Source of the DNA: a virus
Virus record (IMG/VR): IMGVR_UViG_3300005435_000020
Span: 1 to 64,000 of that record
Strand: one strand, 5' to 3'
DNA length: 64,000 bases
Part shown: positions 44,210 to 54,130 of the stretch, piece by piece
Layout of the letters: every line of letters begins with the position of its first letter
How positions within the stretch are numbered: position 1 is the first letter of the stretch
Made by a program: the position numbers and the translations under genes
The notes under the pieces: model-generated
Databases searched by the model: none
Seen by the model: only the letters and a program-made list of their open reading frames with translations
What the model was told of the DNA's origin: nothing

Positions 44210-44677
44210 GTGGGTAGTGTAGGCACCGTCAAGAGAAACTTCCAGAATTACGGAGGCTACGTCTTCAGGAATGGCGTATTCCACCCGAGACACACCTGGG
44301 TCAATCCCATACACTTCAATAAGAATGTCTCCTTCTTCTATGAGATGGCGCAAGGAATAGGTAAGCCACCCGACATGCACATCCTCTTAGGAGAAGGTGA
44401 GGTGATGGTTGGCTTCGAATATACTGAGGCGTGTATTTTCTATAACTACGGGGAGGAGTCGCCGGGACCCTTCCTCAAGAAGAAGAGCCTCAATAAGTAT
44501 ATCTGCGCCGGAGAGATAGAAGGCTATAAGTTTCTCTTGTGGTACTACAATCCCCGAGACATCAGGATGTCTTGTTATCTCGTTGAGCCTGACGGCACAC
44601 GTTGGGAGGGCATATGCGGCTATAAGTATGGGCCACAGTTTTCTTCGTCTCCACCCGACACGATACCTTTCCCCTAG
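44210..44677 (+). CDS. Hypothetical protein
   Basis: GAGGT RBS. Confidence 0.65.
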   Translation: MGSVGTVKRNFQNYGGYVFRNGVFHPRHTWVNPIHFNKNVSFFYEMAQGIGKPPDMHILLGEGEVMVGFEYTEACIFYNYGEESPGPFLKKKSLNKYICAGEIEGYKFLLWYYNPRDIRMSCYLVEPDGTRWEGICGYKYGPQFSSSPPDTIPFP

Positions 44678-44682
44678 CCTCA

Positions 44683-44716
44683 AGCCCTGTGCCTTCGGGT
44701 GCAGGGCCTTTTTTTG
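44683..44716 (+). terminator. Rho-independent terminator
   Basis: GCCCTGTGCC-TTCG-GGTGCAGGGC followed by C and T7. Confidence 0.85.
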
Positions 44717-44777
44717 TCATAATGCCGATACGGTATAATGATAGTAGGGATACTATTGATTACTAATAAGAGGATTA

Positions 44778-45413
44778 TTGATGGCTACCATTGCCGACAC
44801 ACAAGGCTTGAAGCCTGGGCAGATTGACCTGACGGATTCCTATGTACTCGCAGCCGCGAGGAAGATGGAGCAGATACGCACCAAGAAGAAAGCAGGGTGG
44901 AGTGTCGGCCCCAACAGAAATAGCCACCTATGGGGCGCTGTCGGTGAGATATTCGTGTGTGGGCTCCTCGGCGTGACCCCAGACTGGGAGCAGAAGGACA
45001 CCGATGAGGGCATCGACGGCACCTACCAAGGCGGCGTGACCTTCGACGTCAAGGTGTCCACCTTCGGCACTGGCGATGATCCCCACTTGAAGCTGCCGGT
45101 GAAGGCCAAGTACTCCGCCGACATCTACATCCTTGTCTATGCAGACCTCCAGGGACTGAAGGCGGAAGTCGTCGGCTGGGCCACCGTCGCGGAGATCAAG
45201 AAGGCACCCGTCAAAAACTACAAGCCGGAGTGGCAGAAAAACCCTCGCCACTATCCCGATAACTATGTCCTGACTTCCAGGCAACTCCACCCCCTCTCTG
45301 AGCTTATCGCCATGGCGGAAAATGGCACCATCAATAGCCTCAAGAGTATTGCACATACACCAGAAAAGTGTTATACTGACCTACGTAGTGCTGAAACGGC
45401 ACAGCGTGGCTAG
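44778..45413 (+). CDS. PD-(D/E)XK nuclease-like protein
   Basis: GAVGE...D.GID...FDVK. Confidence 0.55.
   Translation: MMATIADTQGLKPGQIDLTDSYVLAAARKMEQIRTKKKAGWSVGPNRNSHLWGAVGEIFVCGLLGVTPDWEQKDTDEGIDGTYQGGVTFDVKVSTFGTGDDPHLKLPVKAKYSADIYILVYADLQGLKAEVVGWATVAEIKKAPVKNYKPEWQKNPRHYPDNYVLTSRQLHPLSELIAMAENGTINSLKSIAHTPEKCYTDLRSAETAQRG
45349..45377 (+). promoter_or_regulatory. Internal promoter
   Basis: TTGCAC-17bp-TATACT with TG extension. Confidence 0.6.
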
Positions 45414-45870
45414 GCCCATCAAGGCACCCGTCCCTAGCGAAAAGGGCAAGTCGCCGGATGCCAGGAAGCCTCGGAGTAGGAGCCAGAAATGGAAACTGAG
45501 TGAGAGAGAATCTTCCGTTTTCTTACGAGATGAGGATGGTCAAGACCCGGACCCCACCATCCAGCAGCTTCAGACATCCACAGGAAGATTAGGCCACCTA
45601 ACAAGCCTAGGCTACGACACATCGTCAAAGCATTACGTCGGAGAAGTGAAGCGTCGGGTGCTTCCCGCCTGGATCATCGAGGCGTGGGTGCAAATCAATC
45701 AGATAGGGTTGCGGCGAAAAAGGCATCCCGTGTTGTTTTTACACATTGCCGACACACAAGACAAGAAGTTTGAGTGTGATGGCAAGCAATACGACATACC
45801 CGAGTTACACTGCCTCACCGCCGAGAGGCATAAACAGCTACTTGAATACGAAAGGATATGCAACTCGTGA
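45406..45870 (+). CDS. Holliday-junction-resolvase-like PD-(D/E)XK nuclease
   Basis: WK..ERE...D......EVK...W..EA..Q...PVLFLH. Confidence 0.55.
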   Translation: MARPIKAPVPSEKGKSPDARKPRSRSQKWKLSERESSVFLRDEDGQDPDPTIQQLQTSTGRLGHLTSLGYDTSSKHYVGEVKRRVLPAWIIEAWVQINQIGLRRKRHPVLFLHIADTQDKKFECDGKQYDIPELHCLTAERHKQLLEYERICNS

Positions 45871-46709
45871 GCATTGATATGGTGACGGGAGAGATTGTCG
45901 AAGGCACCGACTCGGAGGCGCAAGGTCTCACGTCTCTCCCGCCTGAGCCAGTCTACGAGTTTCTCTCCGAAGACACAATCCCCGCGTACCGCAGCATCGA
46001 AGAGGCTGAGGATGCCCTCTATGACATGATGGCGAAAGGCGAGGCACTCCGCATCCAGCAGGTGCAGGTCCTCGCAAGAATCAGGGACCAGCGCCTCTAT
46101 GAGCAGAAGCTCAATGGTGCCACCAACAAGCCCTACACCTCCATGGAGAGCTACCTCAAGGACTTGTGCAAGTCCACGGCTTCGTTTGCCTCCGATGCAC
46201 CCAGGACCCTGAAATCCTGGATGACACGCTGGGAGATTTACAACCAGCAGCTTGGCATCGACGCGGATGTGCTCCTGGAGATGGGGGCACACTTCGAGAT
46301 ACTCCTCCCCGTGGCTGCGAGGGAGAGGACCACCATGGAGCTTACTGAGGGGAATGTCCCGCAGCTTTCAGGTGGCATGAAGCTAGGCAAGTCAGGCTTT
46401 GAGCAGCTTACCCACGAGATCATGGAGAAGGTCAGGGAAGCAAGGAACAATCCAGGCGTTGACGAAGTAGCTTGGGGCGTGAAGGACACCCGAGAGAGGG
46501 TGAGGGAAATCCTGGGCCAAGACAACCACGCCGTCACCATCTCCTTCGGTGCCGCGATGCTCCCCGGCGACAAGATCAAGATGACGGATGTCACCTTCTG
46601 GCATCAGAAGATTCCTTACAAGGTAGGGGACACCATCCCCTTGGAAGTCTTCAAGAAGATTGTCGGCAATGCCACCGTGGAAGGGCTAGGCGACAATTGG
46701 AAGGACTAA
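45858..46709 (+). CDS. Hypothetical protein
   Basis: 283-aa ORF; IRDQRLY...YTSMESYLK motif. Confidence 0.7.
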   Translation: MQLVSIDMVTGEIVEGTDSEAQGLTSLPPEPVYEFLSEDTIPAYRSIEEAEDALYDMMAKGEALRIQQVQVLARIRDQRLYEQKLNGATNKPYTSMESYLKDLCKSTASFASDAPRTLKSWMTRWEIYNQQLGIDADVLLEMGAHFEILLPVAARERTTMELTEGNVPQLSGGMKLGKSGFEQLTHEIMEKVREARNNPGVDEVAWGVKDTRERVREILGQDNHAVTISFGAAMLPGDKIKMTDVTFWHQKIPYKVGDTIPLEVFKKIVGNATVEGLGDNWKD

Positions 46710-47068
46710 ATAGCAATACCGTCACCGACTATAAGGCAGCCTACACATCCCATATGACCTGGCTGCATCGCCTCAAGACGCAGAGTGACGCGGCGGAAAG
46801 TGGCATCAAGCGTCAACTTGAAGCAGCGAAGCGAAACCTCGACGGGGCGCAGAAGGCAGCGGCGGAAGGGGAAGCGGGTGCAAGGAACCGGCTCCCCACC
46901 GCAGCCTTGGCAGTGAGAGAAGCAGAGAAGAATGTCGAAGCCTGGTATTTCGTAAACGCAACGTTGGAGCTTATCATCGCAAAGTCGATATCGGAAGAGA
47001 AAAGGTCAGGGCTGCCTCCAACCATACTAGAATGGATTGATGATGTCAGCCCCCGAGTGCCGAGTTAG
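46697..47068 (+). CDS. Coiled-coil hypothetical protein
   Basis: Start moved to TTG 46697 to avoid long overlap with upstream gene. Confidence 0.55.
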   Translation: MEGLNSNTVTDYKAAYTSHMTWLHRLKTQSDAAESGIKRQLEAAKRNLDGAQKAAAEGEAGARNRLPTAALAVREAEKNVEAWYFVNATLELIIAKSISEEKRSGLPPTILEWIDDVSPRVPS

Positions 47069-47429
47069 CTTTCGCCGCGTAGAGTTACTGGCGAAAGGCG
47101 AGAAGTATACCATCACATCGCTATTATCAGAGGACATGAAGTACAGCCGCGATGTCGTGGAGCATCTCGTCAGGTACTTCTGGCATTTCCTCTCCACGCA
47201 TTACGAGTCGAATGAGCTTTACCTTTGCATCTATTGTGATATTGTCAGCGCCGTCGAGAAGCTTGAGGACCCGAGAGAAAAGCAGGCAATGAAACTCATG
47301 ATGTCAGGCTACGAGATACGAGATGCGATGAATGGCGTCGCACCTCGCCTTGGCGTTGACCAGAAACTCGCCGCCAGGATATGCAAGCGAAGTTATCGCA
47401 ACATAGCGAAGCTTTTAGGTGAGAAGTGA
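47037..47429 (+). CDS. Sigma-70 region-4-like HTH protein (possible late activator)
   Basis: AVEKLEDPREKQ...GY...VA.RLGV.......KR....IAKLL. Confidence 0.6.
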   Translation: MMMSAPECRVSFRRVELLAKGEKYTITSLLSEDMKYSRDVVEHLVRYFWHFLSTHYESNELYLCIYCDIVSAVEKLEDPREKQAMKLMMSGYEIRDAMNGVAPRLGVDQKLAARICKRSYRNIAKLLGEK

Positions 47430-47533
47430 CGAAGCCGATACGCCTCAATCGGGAGGCACTGAAAGCCTGGGATAAAGCCTGTCAGCAATGGGAGAAGAGA
47501 AAGCCAGCAAACAAAAAAGCTAGCTAGCACATC

Positions 47534-47567
47534 AGCCGCCATGCCTCCGGGTGTGGCGGCTTTTTTT
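47534..47567 (+). terminator. Rho-independent terminator
   Basis: AGCCGCCATGCC-TCCG-GGTGTGGCGGCT with T7 run. Confidence 0.85.
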
Positions 47568-47612
47568 ATGCCAAAAGATAACCGCCTAGCGTTATACTAA
47601 CGACAGGGAGGC

Positions 47613-49274
47613 ATGGTCATGATCATCGGATTACTCAGGCGCTGGTCCACACCGAATCAGACGGGAAACTTCCGGCAGGAAGCACACTTCGAGGTGATGG
47701 AGAAAGTTGTCGCCGCGAAGGGATGGGAGTTTGCCTACTACGATGAGGGGCAAGTCTCCGGCAGGGACATGAAGAAGAGGCCCAACCTCCAGAGGCTGCT
47801 TGATGACATCCGTCACAAGAAGGTGCAGGGCATCGGTGCCCTGGACATCGACAGGATCACCCGCGACGAATACCTCGTGGACCCTGGCATCATCCTCTCC
47901 GCCTGCGCCGACGCTGGTGCCATCATCGTCACGAGGGACAGGGTGTATGACCCTCGGAAGAAAAACGATAGGTTCATCTTCCAGGTCCAGAGTGCCATCG
48001 CGGGGAATGAAGTCTCCACGATACGCGAGAGGATGTATGAGGGGCTTTCACGCAAGATGATGGAGTCCCCGGTGCATCGAGGCAGGACACCGTGGGGCTA
48101 TATGCGTGTGCTGGATGGCGTAGACGCGAAAGGCAATGCCATCAGGCATCTTGAGAAAGACCCTGAGCTTACTCCGGTGGTAATGAGGCTCTTCGAGTTA
48201 GCCTCCACGTCACTCTCGGTGCAGGGTGTGTCGGCACAACTCAACGGCGAAGGCCTACTGAAACGACGCTGGAAAGACACGGAGGGTGGGCCTCGTTTCT
48301 GGACACACGCAGACGTGGCGAGTATCGTCTTCAATCCTATTTATTCGGGTAGGCACCACGTCTTGAAGCACCCGACGAAGCCCATCTGGGAAAGCGACGT
48401 CATACCCGAAGGCTTGAGGGACAAGGTTCATTACATAGAAGACTGGGCATTCCTGGACCCTGAGGATCACGATGCCCTGATGAGGCGATTCGAGAAGACG
48501 AAGGCACACGGGACACGGGGCAGGCGCAACGACAATGCGCTGCTTGGCATCCTCTCGTGTCTCTACTGCGGCGGCAAGATGTATTTCTCGAAGCGGAAGC
48601 CGGGGAGTAAACTCAACGACTTCCATTTCTGCTTCAACCACATGGCGTGTAAGACTAGCTGCCGTGGGCAGACGATATCGGACCACCTCGTGAAAGCAGC
48701 CGTCTTCGACTTCATCCAGGGAAGGCTCTCGAAGTCCTTGGTGGAGGAGGTAGCCAATGAGCACCAGGACATCTTCGGCTCCGGCGCTGAAGAGGAGCTA
48801 CGGAGCCTGCGCCTCCAGTTGGCGACGCTAGAAGAGAAGAGGATGCGCTTCAAGCAGATGGCGAGGGCTGCGACGTCGGAAGCACTGGAGCAGACCTACA
48901 CGGAAAACGCAGCGGAGCTACTTGACGAGATTGCTAGTGTGAGGGAGACCTTGCGACAGAAGGAGACGTTTGCCAAGAATAAGGACAGGATGCTCAGCGT
49001 TGTCGAGAATGTGGTCAGGTTCCGAGACGTCATGGAACACGCGGATAGCGCCACGCAGCATGGGCTCCTCACCCACGTGTTCCGATGGGTGAAGGTGGAA
49101 GCCTACGGTGCGATGCAGCATCGGCAAGTCAGGGTAGCAGCCTGGCACCTGATGGGGGAGGAGGAGCCCCAGACGTCTTATCTCACTGACGACGCCATAT
49201 CCCCATATAACGTCGCCATTTGGATGATGCCACCAGGAGTGTGGCGTGATGTTGTCGGTATGTTCACGGCTTGA
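47613..49274 (+). CDS. Large serine recombinase (integrase)
   Basis: RWST (catalytic Ser), DEG.SG..RP.LQRLL, DRITR, PWGY, NPIYSG, LLGILSCLYCG Zn ribbon, coiled coil. Confidence 0.92.
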   Translation: MVMIIGLLRRWSTPNQTGNFRQEAHFEVMEKVVAAKGWEFAYYDEGQVSGRDMKKRPNLQRLLDDIRHKKVQGIGALDIDRITRDEYLVDPGIILSACADAGAIIVTRDRVYDPRKKNDRFIFQVQSAIAGNEVSTIRERMYEGLSRKMMESPVHRGRTPWGYMRVLDGVDAKGNAIRHLEKDPELTPVVMRLFELASTSLSVQGVSAQLNGEGLLKRRWKDTEGGPRFWTHADVASIVFNPIYSGRHHVLKHPTKPIWESDVIPEGLRDKVHYIEDWAFLDPEDHDALMRRFEKTKAHGTRGRRNDNALLGILSCLYCGGKMYFSKRKPGSKLNDFHFCFNHMACKTSCRGQTISDHLVKAAVFDFIQGRLSKSLVEEVANEHQDIFGSGAEEELRSLRLQLATLEEKRMRFKQMARAATSEALEQTYTENAAELLDEIASVRETLRQKETFAKNKDRMLSVVENVVRFRDVMEHADSATQHGLLTHVFRWVKVEAYGAMQHRQVRVAAWHLMGEEEPQTSYLTDDAISPYNVAIWMMPPGVWRDVVGMFTA

Positions 49275-49288
49275 AAGGGAAGCCCACG

Positions 49289-49462
49289 ATGATCTTACTT
49301 GCTTTGATGATCTTCGCTTTGGTAGTCTTGGTGGTAGGAGTGCCCTCGGCATTCCTCCTAGTACTTTCTATCGCTATCATAAGGATCAGTTTGAAGTTAT
49401 GGTGGCTATGGCTGATCATCGCATTGGTCTGCGTCGCGGCTGCGAATGGAGGTTCCGGTTGA
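49289..49462 (+). CDS. Small membrane protein
   Basis: MILLALMIFALVVLVVG...; GAAAGGGA RBS. Confidence 0.6.
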   Translation: MILLALMIFALVVLVVGVPSAFLLVLSIAIIRISLKLWWLWLIIALVCVAAANGGSG

Positions 49463-49938
49463 GATACTTGCTTGGTTTCTTGGTTGCATTCCTGCTGGTG
49501 GGCTGTGCGGATTCGGCACAGACGGTTGTATCATCTCCCACGGCAGTAGCCCCTGCGGCTCCTAGTGCCACACCTGGGGCTGCGGCGGCTACTGTCCCTC
49601 TCGGAAGTGACTTGGAGCTTGCCAAAGTCGCCGCCGTTGCCGACATCAAAGGCGACGAGAAAACGGTGCAACAGGTCATGCAGGCCAACCCACAGGCGGT
49701 GGCACTATTTGTCAAGACGGATAGGCAGAGCTACAACCTCGATATGTACACGGTGGTGGGTGCTGCGGTGGAACAGAAGCCATCGTCCCCCAACCAAGAT
49801 GGCACTGTCATGTATTATTTGGATGTCCCCGTGAAGACCCCGCAAGGGACATCACAGCGTTTTAGTATACAAGTCAGGGTCAATCCCGTGGCACACAGAG
49901 TGACTTCCATTGATCCGATGGGCATAGGACTTGACTAG
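49459..49938 (+). CDS. Lipoprotein
   Basis: GGAGG RBS, TTG start; lipobox LLVGC; Ala/Pro/Thr linker. Confidence 0.75.
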   Translation: MRYLLGFLVAFLLVGCADSAQTVVSSPTAVAPAAPSATPGAAAATVPLGSDLELAKVAAVADIKGDEKTVQQVMQANPQAVALFVKTDRQSYNLDMYTVVGAAVEQKPSSPNQDGTVMYYLDVPVKTPQGTSQRFSIQVRVNPVAHRVTSIDPMGIGLD

Positions 49939-49944
49939 ACAACA

Positions 49945-49985
49945 AAAATAAGCCCCCTACCCGATGAAGGTAGGGGGCTTATTTT
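49945..49985. terminator. Bidirectional terminator between convergent arms
   Basis: AAAATAAGCCCCCTACC-N7-GGTAGGGGGCTTATTTT. Confidence 0.9.
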
Positions 49986-50565
49986 ATTGCTTCAGGAATG
50001 ACGTGATGGGGATTTGCGGGGGAGGCTCCGGCGAGGGGATAGTCACCGTCGTCGTCGTGTTGGCGGGGAATGTCGGCGCTGCCGCATTGAGTGGGGGATT
50101 GGAAAGCGAGGGGTCCACCTTTGGTGTGTAGGATTCCGGCACCTTCATGGACACCGTGACGGGGATATCGACAAGCTTCATGGCGACGTCTACAGACTGC
50201 ACCAAGTCTCCAGGCTTCGTCGGTGCCTCCACAGTGGCTGCGGTGCCACTTGTCTTGTCCACCGTCTGCTTCCCAAGGAAGGCTGGGATCACTTGCGTGG
50301 CACCGTGGTAGCCGAGTACTGCGCCGCCTCCAATCAAGAGGCCACCATTGTAGAGGAGCAGGAGGATGGCCTGGCTGGACTCCGGCATCCCCGAGAACAT
50401 TCCCCACGCGACGATACCGAGGGCTATGCTCACAAGGCGGATCACGGAGTCGTGGATGCTATTGTCTGGTGTGATCTTTAGCTCAATGAAGTTCTTGATG
50501 ATCTGTGTGGCGATGGCAACCATCACCGCCAGGATGAATGGCGTGAGGGCATCAGCGATGGGCAT
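49984..50565 (-). CDS. Holin-like membrane protein (3 TM + Pro/Thr tail)
   Basis: TQIIK...RLVSIALGI...GGLL.GGGAVLGYH pattern; last gene of late operon. Confidence 0.65.
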   Translation of the reverse strand: MPIADALTPFILAVMVAIATQIIKNFIELKITPDNSIHDSVIRLVSIALGIVAWGMFSGMPESSQAILLLLYNGGLLIGGGAVLGYHGATQVIPAFLGKQTVDKTSGTAATVEAPTKPGDLVQSVDVAMKLVDIPVTVSMKVPESYTPKVDPSLSNPPLNAAAPTFPANTTTTVTIPSPEPPPQIPITSFLKQ

Positions 50566-51025
50566 GGTAGACTGTCTCTCCTTGACTTTGTAAGACGATG
50601 ACTGCCGGGGCTTCTACCCCAGGCTTGAGAAATCTCTGAATCAACCATAGTGGGGCCGGGAGATGGTGTATACCCCCTATGCCAGTATGGTGAAATTTAC
50701 AAAGCGGCATCAAATTTTCTTCACTTTCACACCACATGAAGAAGGCTTCTTCGTCGGGTATGTGGAATTGGGGATACAACTCAGCAAACCTACGCCAGTC
50801 TGCGTCGCCTATCAGCGCATACTCCACGAAGTAGTGATGAAGCTCAATGGACTCCTTTGAGCAATCCTTGTTGTCGATGTAGCATTTGAGCTTTCCTTCA
50901 CGACGCATCCTCTCTCGCGTCTCATTGAAGATGTGGTAGTAGGGATCACCCTCTCTTGGAATGTGTGGAGGGTAATGCTCAAGGATTTCGATGTGCTCAT
51001 GCTCAATATGCTCTTGCTCTGACAT
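50552..51025 (-). CDS. HNH-like Zn-binding protein
   Basis: C.....C...IELHH...NLMPLCKFHH...GIH. Confidence 0.65.
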   Translation of the reverse strand: MSEQEHIEHEHIEILEHYPPHIPREGDPYYHIFNETRERMRREGKLKCYIDNKDCSKESIELHHYFVEYALIGDADWRRFAELYPQFHIPDEEAFFMWCESEENLMPLCKFHHTGIGGIHHLPAPLWLIQRFLKPGVEAPAVIVLQSQGETVYHAHR

Positions 51026-51037
51026 GGGAGTGACCAA

Positions 51038-51063
51038 TAAAAAAGGACACCCGAAGGTGTCCT
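51038..51063 (-). terminator. Rho-independent terminator (UUCG loop)
   Basis: Minus strand AGGACACC-TTCG-GGTGTCCT with T run. Confidence 0.8.
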
Positions 51064-51082
51064 GTGGTGTGAAGGAAAAGGG

Positions 51083-51793
51083 TTAGCTCCTGTGGAGCAT
51101 CTCGGCTAAGGCTGCGACGGTTTCCTTCTCGGTGCCGAAGCTTCGGTACATGCTCTCCACGTAGAAAAGTGGCGTCATTATCGTGGTCTTCCCGAAATGG
51201 GAGATGACGCCTTGGCCCCTCTTCGCAACTAGCGCCAGGCCCCTACCTTCTTTGATCACGACGGGGATGCCATCGGCAAGCTCCTGGTTCTCGTAGGGCA
51301 GGCAGCAGAGGACATCGCCTTGCGAAAACTGGAAGGGGAAGGGGCCTTCCTCCAGTACAGCAATACCGCGTTTCTCACTCGACACACCGAAGGTGGGGTA
51401 GGGCACCCTCGTTGCTTGGGAAACCCTCGCCACTTCGCCACTCTTGAGCAACTCGTAGCTGATGATCAGCGTATTATTATGCGCTGCGACTAGCGACTCC
51501 TGCACACCTTGTTGGAGTGCTTCGAGGAGAGGGATGATGGGCTCACGAAAGGGGATCACGTCTCTCGTGGGGAGTGGCGGCGGCTCATCTCCGTGGAGGA
51601 GATAGGTGGTGGATACCTCCAACACTTTCGCTATTTTCTCCAGCGTCTCCGTCGTCGGCTGCGTCTTCCCACTGAGCATCAGGGAGAGTGTCGATGCCCT
51701 GATGCCGGAGGCCAGCGCAAGTTTATTGTCAAGTGTCCAGCCACGCTTCAGCATGGTCTGCTTCAGCCTCTCGGGAAACTCCACCACACACAA
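51083..51793 (-). CDS. XRE HTH regulator (CI-like, degenerate C-terminal domain)
   Basis: FPERLKQ...LALASGIRASTLS....GKTQPTTETLEKIAKVLEVSTTYLL.G. Confidence 0.85.
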   Translation of the reverse strand: MCVVEFPERLKQTMLKRGWTLDNKLALASGIRASTLSLMLSGKTQPTTETLEKIAKVLEVSTTYLLHGDEPPPLPTRDVIPFREPIIPLLEALQQGVQESLVAAHNNTLIISYELLKSGEVARVSQATRVPYPTFGVSSEKRGIAVLEEGPFPFQFSQGDVLCCLPYENQELADGIPVVIKEGRGLALVAKRGQGVISHFGKTTIMTPLFYVESMYRSFGTEKETVAALAEMLHRS

Positions 51794-51822
51794 TCCTCTT
51801 CAACACACCAAAACACTGCTAC

Positions 51823-51851
51823 AGTATATCAGGCGGGTGGTAGTTTCACAA
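51823..51851 (-). promoter_or_regulatory. Dedicated promoter of the XRE gene
   Basis: TTGTGA-17bp-TATACT with TG extension. Confidence 0.6.
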
Positions 51852-52263
51852 CGGAAAGCCAGAAGTTTGAAATGGCCGATACCACCGCCATGAATTGCTC
51901 AAGGTCAAATGGCTTCGTCACGTAGCAGTTTGCGTGGAGGTTATAGCTCTGCAATACATCCTTGTCCTCCTGCGACGTCGTGAGCACCACCACGGGAATA
52001 CGCATCAGGCACTCGTCTTGTTTGATGTCTTGCAGGAGTTCCCTGCCGTCTTTGCGTGGCATGTTGAGGTCAAGGAGGATCAAGTCTGGCCGAGGGGAGT
52101 CCTGGTAGGGTGCTTCGCGTTTCAGGAACCTGAGTGCCTCCACGCCATCGGTGCAGACGTTGATGTGGTTGATGACCTTGGAGTCCCTCAGCAATTCCTG
52201 CGTGAGATCAACGTCTGCCTCGCTGTCGTCTACGATGAGTATTTCAATGGGTACTGCCACCAC
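51829..52263 (-). CDS. Single-domain response regulator (Rcp1-like receiver)
   Basis: ILIVDD, PDLILLDLNMPRKDG, VLTTS, ANCYVTKP, FW..VVKLP. Confidence 0.92.
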   Translation of the reverse strand: MVAVPIEILIVDDSEADVDLTQELLRDSKVINHINVCTDGVEALRFLKREAPYQDSPRPDLILLDLNMPRKDGRELLQDIKQDECLMRIPVVVLTTSQEDKDVLQSYNLHANCYVTKPFDLEQFMAVVSAISNFWLSVVKLPPA

Positions 52264-52270
52264 CTTGCCG

Positions 52271-54103
52271 CTACTTGGAGTATTTCGGGAGGGTGAAGGA
52301 GAAGACTGAACCTTTGTCGGGGACGGAGGTTGCCCAGATGGTGCCACCATGTTGTTCTATGACTTTCTTGCAGATGGAAAGACCTATGCCGGTGCCTTCG
52401 TATTCCTCCTTGCGATGGAGTTTCTGGAATACGACGAATATCTTGTCAGAGTATTGCATATCGAAGCCAATACCGTTATCCGATATATCAATTCGCCACA
52501 TTGAATGTTCATCAGTACAGCGTATCAGGATATTCGGGGGGACACCAGGCTTCCGAAACTTTATCGAGTTGGCGAGGAGGTTCTGGAAGACTTGGGTCAG
52601 CCAGATGGGATCACCCGAGACGGAGGGAAGCTGGTCCCTCTCTATCTCCGCGTGGCTCTCGTTGATGGCTGCTTGTAGGCTGTCTAGTGCCGAATCCACA
52701 CAGGCATTGAGATTGGTCTGCACCATCTCCTTCGTCTTCGACGTGACCCTCGAATAGAGGAGCAAGTCTTGGATGAGGTTCCGCATCCTCTGGGAACCGG
52801 ACACTGCGTAGCCTATGTACTTCTTCGCCTTGTCGTCAAGCTGCGCCGTATACTGTTTGTCGAGGAGTTGGAGATATGACGTCACCATACGCAGGGGCTC
52901 TTGCAAGTCGTGGGAGGCGATGTAGGTGAACCTCTCCATCTCGCCGTTGCTCTTGATCAGCGCCTCCTCGTATCGCTTCCTCTCCGATACATCGCGTATG
53001 GTTGCCGTGTACATCTTGCCGTCACTCTCGGATGCCCACACGGAGATGAGAAGCTCCAGTGGGAACCTGCTGCCATCTTTCTTGACACCCTGCAACTCCA
53101 TGGTGGTGCCGATGACGTGTGAGGGCCACCCCTCCGCGAGGCGTCGGATGCCGTGTTCATGCTTCGGATAGAGGTCAGGGGGGATGATCTTCTCTAGCGT
53201 GTGGCCCACCATCTCCTCCGACGTGTAGCCAAAGATGTTCTCGGCGGCGTGGTTCCAGAAGGTCACGATGCCATCCGGTGTGATGGACACGAAGGCGTCG
53301 GTGGAGGATTGCGTCACATTCCAGTACCACTCCTTGACCTTCTCCACTTCCTTGCGCTGCTGAAGTGTCTGCGCCTCTGCCTTCCTCGTGGCATCCATGA
53401 AGAATCGCATCCCAAGGAAATTGCCTATCACCAGGAGCACACCGAAGATGCTTCCATAGAAGGTGATGCGGAGGCTATTGCGTGTGCCCTCTAGCACCGC
53501 GTCGTATTTCTGCTGGATGGCCTTGGACTGCCTGTCGAGGATGTTGCCCAGGAGGGTGCTGGCATCGACGCCTTGATAGAGACCTTCATCTGTCATGACG
53601 AGGGCAACGGCTTCATCGTGGGAACCTGATTGCTCAAGCTCAATGGTCCTGAGCATCTCTGATCTCTTCTGGGTGATGAGCCTCTTCGCCTCCGAGAAGT
53701 CCCTCGCATCGTCGGTGCTGTCTTGTGTGGTGGCCTGCGTCGCGTCTATGGCAGTGTTGATGACCTTATTCGCGTCATTGTAGGACATGAGATAGAGGGG
53801 GTCCCCGGTGAGCAGGTAGCCACGCTGCCCACTCTCCATCTGCTTCAGGTCCAACAGTGTTTGGTAGACGTTGTAGTATTCTAGCCTGGCGCTGCGATAA
53901 TCTTGCAGGACATAATAGACCCTGGCGACGATGACGACGGAGTAGATATACGCCGCCACGAGGATGGCGAGTGTGCCCAGGGAACAGAAGGTCAAGAAAC
54001 GCTGGGAGGTCATGAGATGAAATGGAGCAGGATGCCACACAATGTTATGATGCCGCCACATACCAGGGACCAGTTTCCGAAGAGGTGAAATCTTTGGAGC
54101 CAC
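52271..54103 (-). CDS. Membrane sensor histidine kinase CHASE3-PAS-HisKA-HATPase
   Basis: ESGQRGYLLTGDP.YL..Y (CHASE3) between two TMs; WNHAAE.IFGY (PAS); SHDLQEPL; N, G1, F, G2 boxes. Confidence 0.93.
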   Translation of the reverse strand: MAPKISPLRKLVPGMWRHHNIVWHPAPFHLMTSQRFLTFCSLGTLAILVAAYIYSVVIVARVYYVLQDYRSARLEYYNVYQTLLDLKQMESGQRGYLLTGDPLYLMSYNDANKVINTAIDATQATTQDSTDDARDFSEAKRLITQKRSEMLRTIELEQSGSHDEAVALVMTDEGLYQGVDASTLLGNILDRQSKAIQQKYDAVLEGTRNSLRITFYGSIFGVLLVIGNFLGMRFFMDATRKAEAQTLQQRKEVEKVKEWYWNVTQSSTDAFVSITPDGIVTFWNHAAENIFGYTSEEMVGHTLEKIIPPDLYPKHEHGIRRLAEGWPSHVIGTTMELQGVKKDGSRFPLELLISVWASESDGKMYTATIRDVSERKRYEEALIKSNGEMERFTYIASHDLQEPLRMVTSYLQLLDKQYTAQLDDKAKKYIGYAVSGSQRMRNLIQDLLLYSRVTSKTKEMVQTNLNACVDSALDSLQAAINESHAEIERDQLPSVSGDPIWLTQVFQNLLANSIKFRKPGVPPNILIRCTDEHSMWRIDISDNGIGFDMQYSDKIFVVFQKLHRKEEYEGTGIGLSICKKVIEQHGGTIWATSVPDKGSVFSFTLPKYSK

Positions 54104-54130
54104 AGGAGCTTTCTTATTTCCTTACGAATT

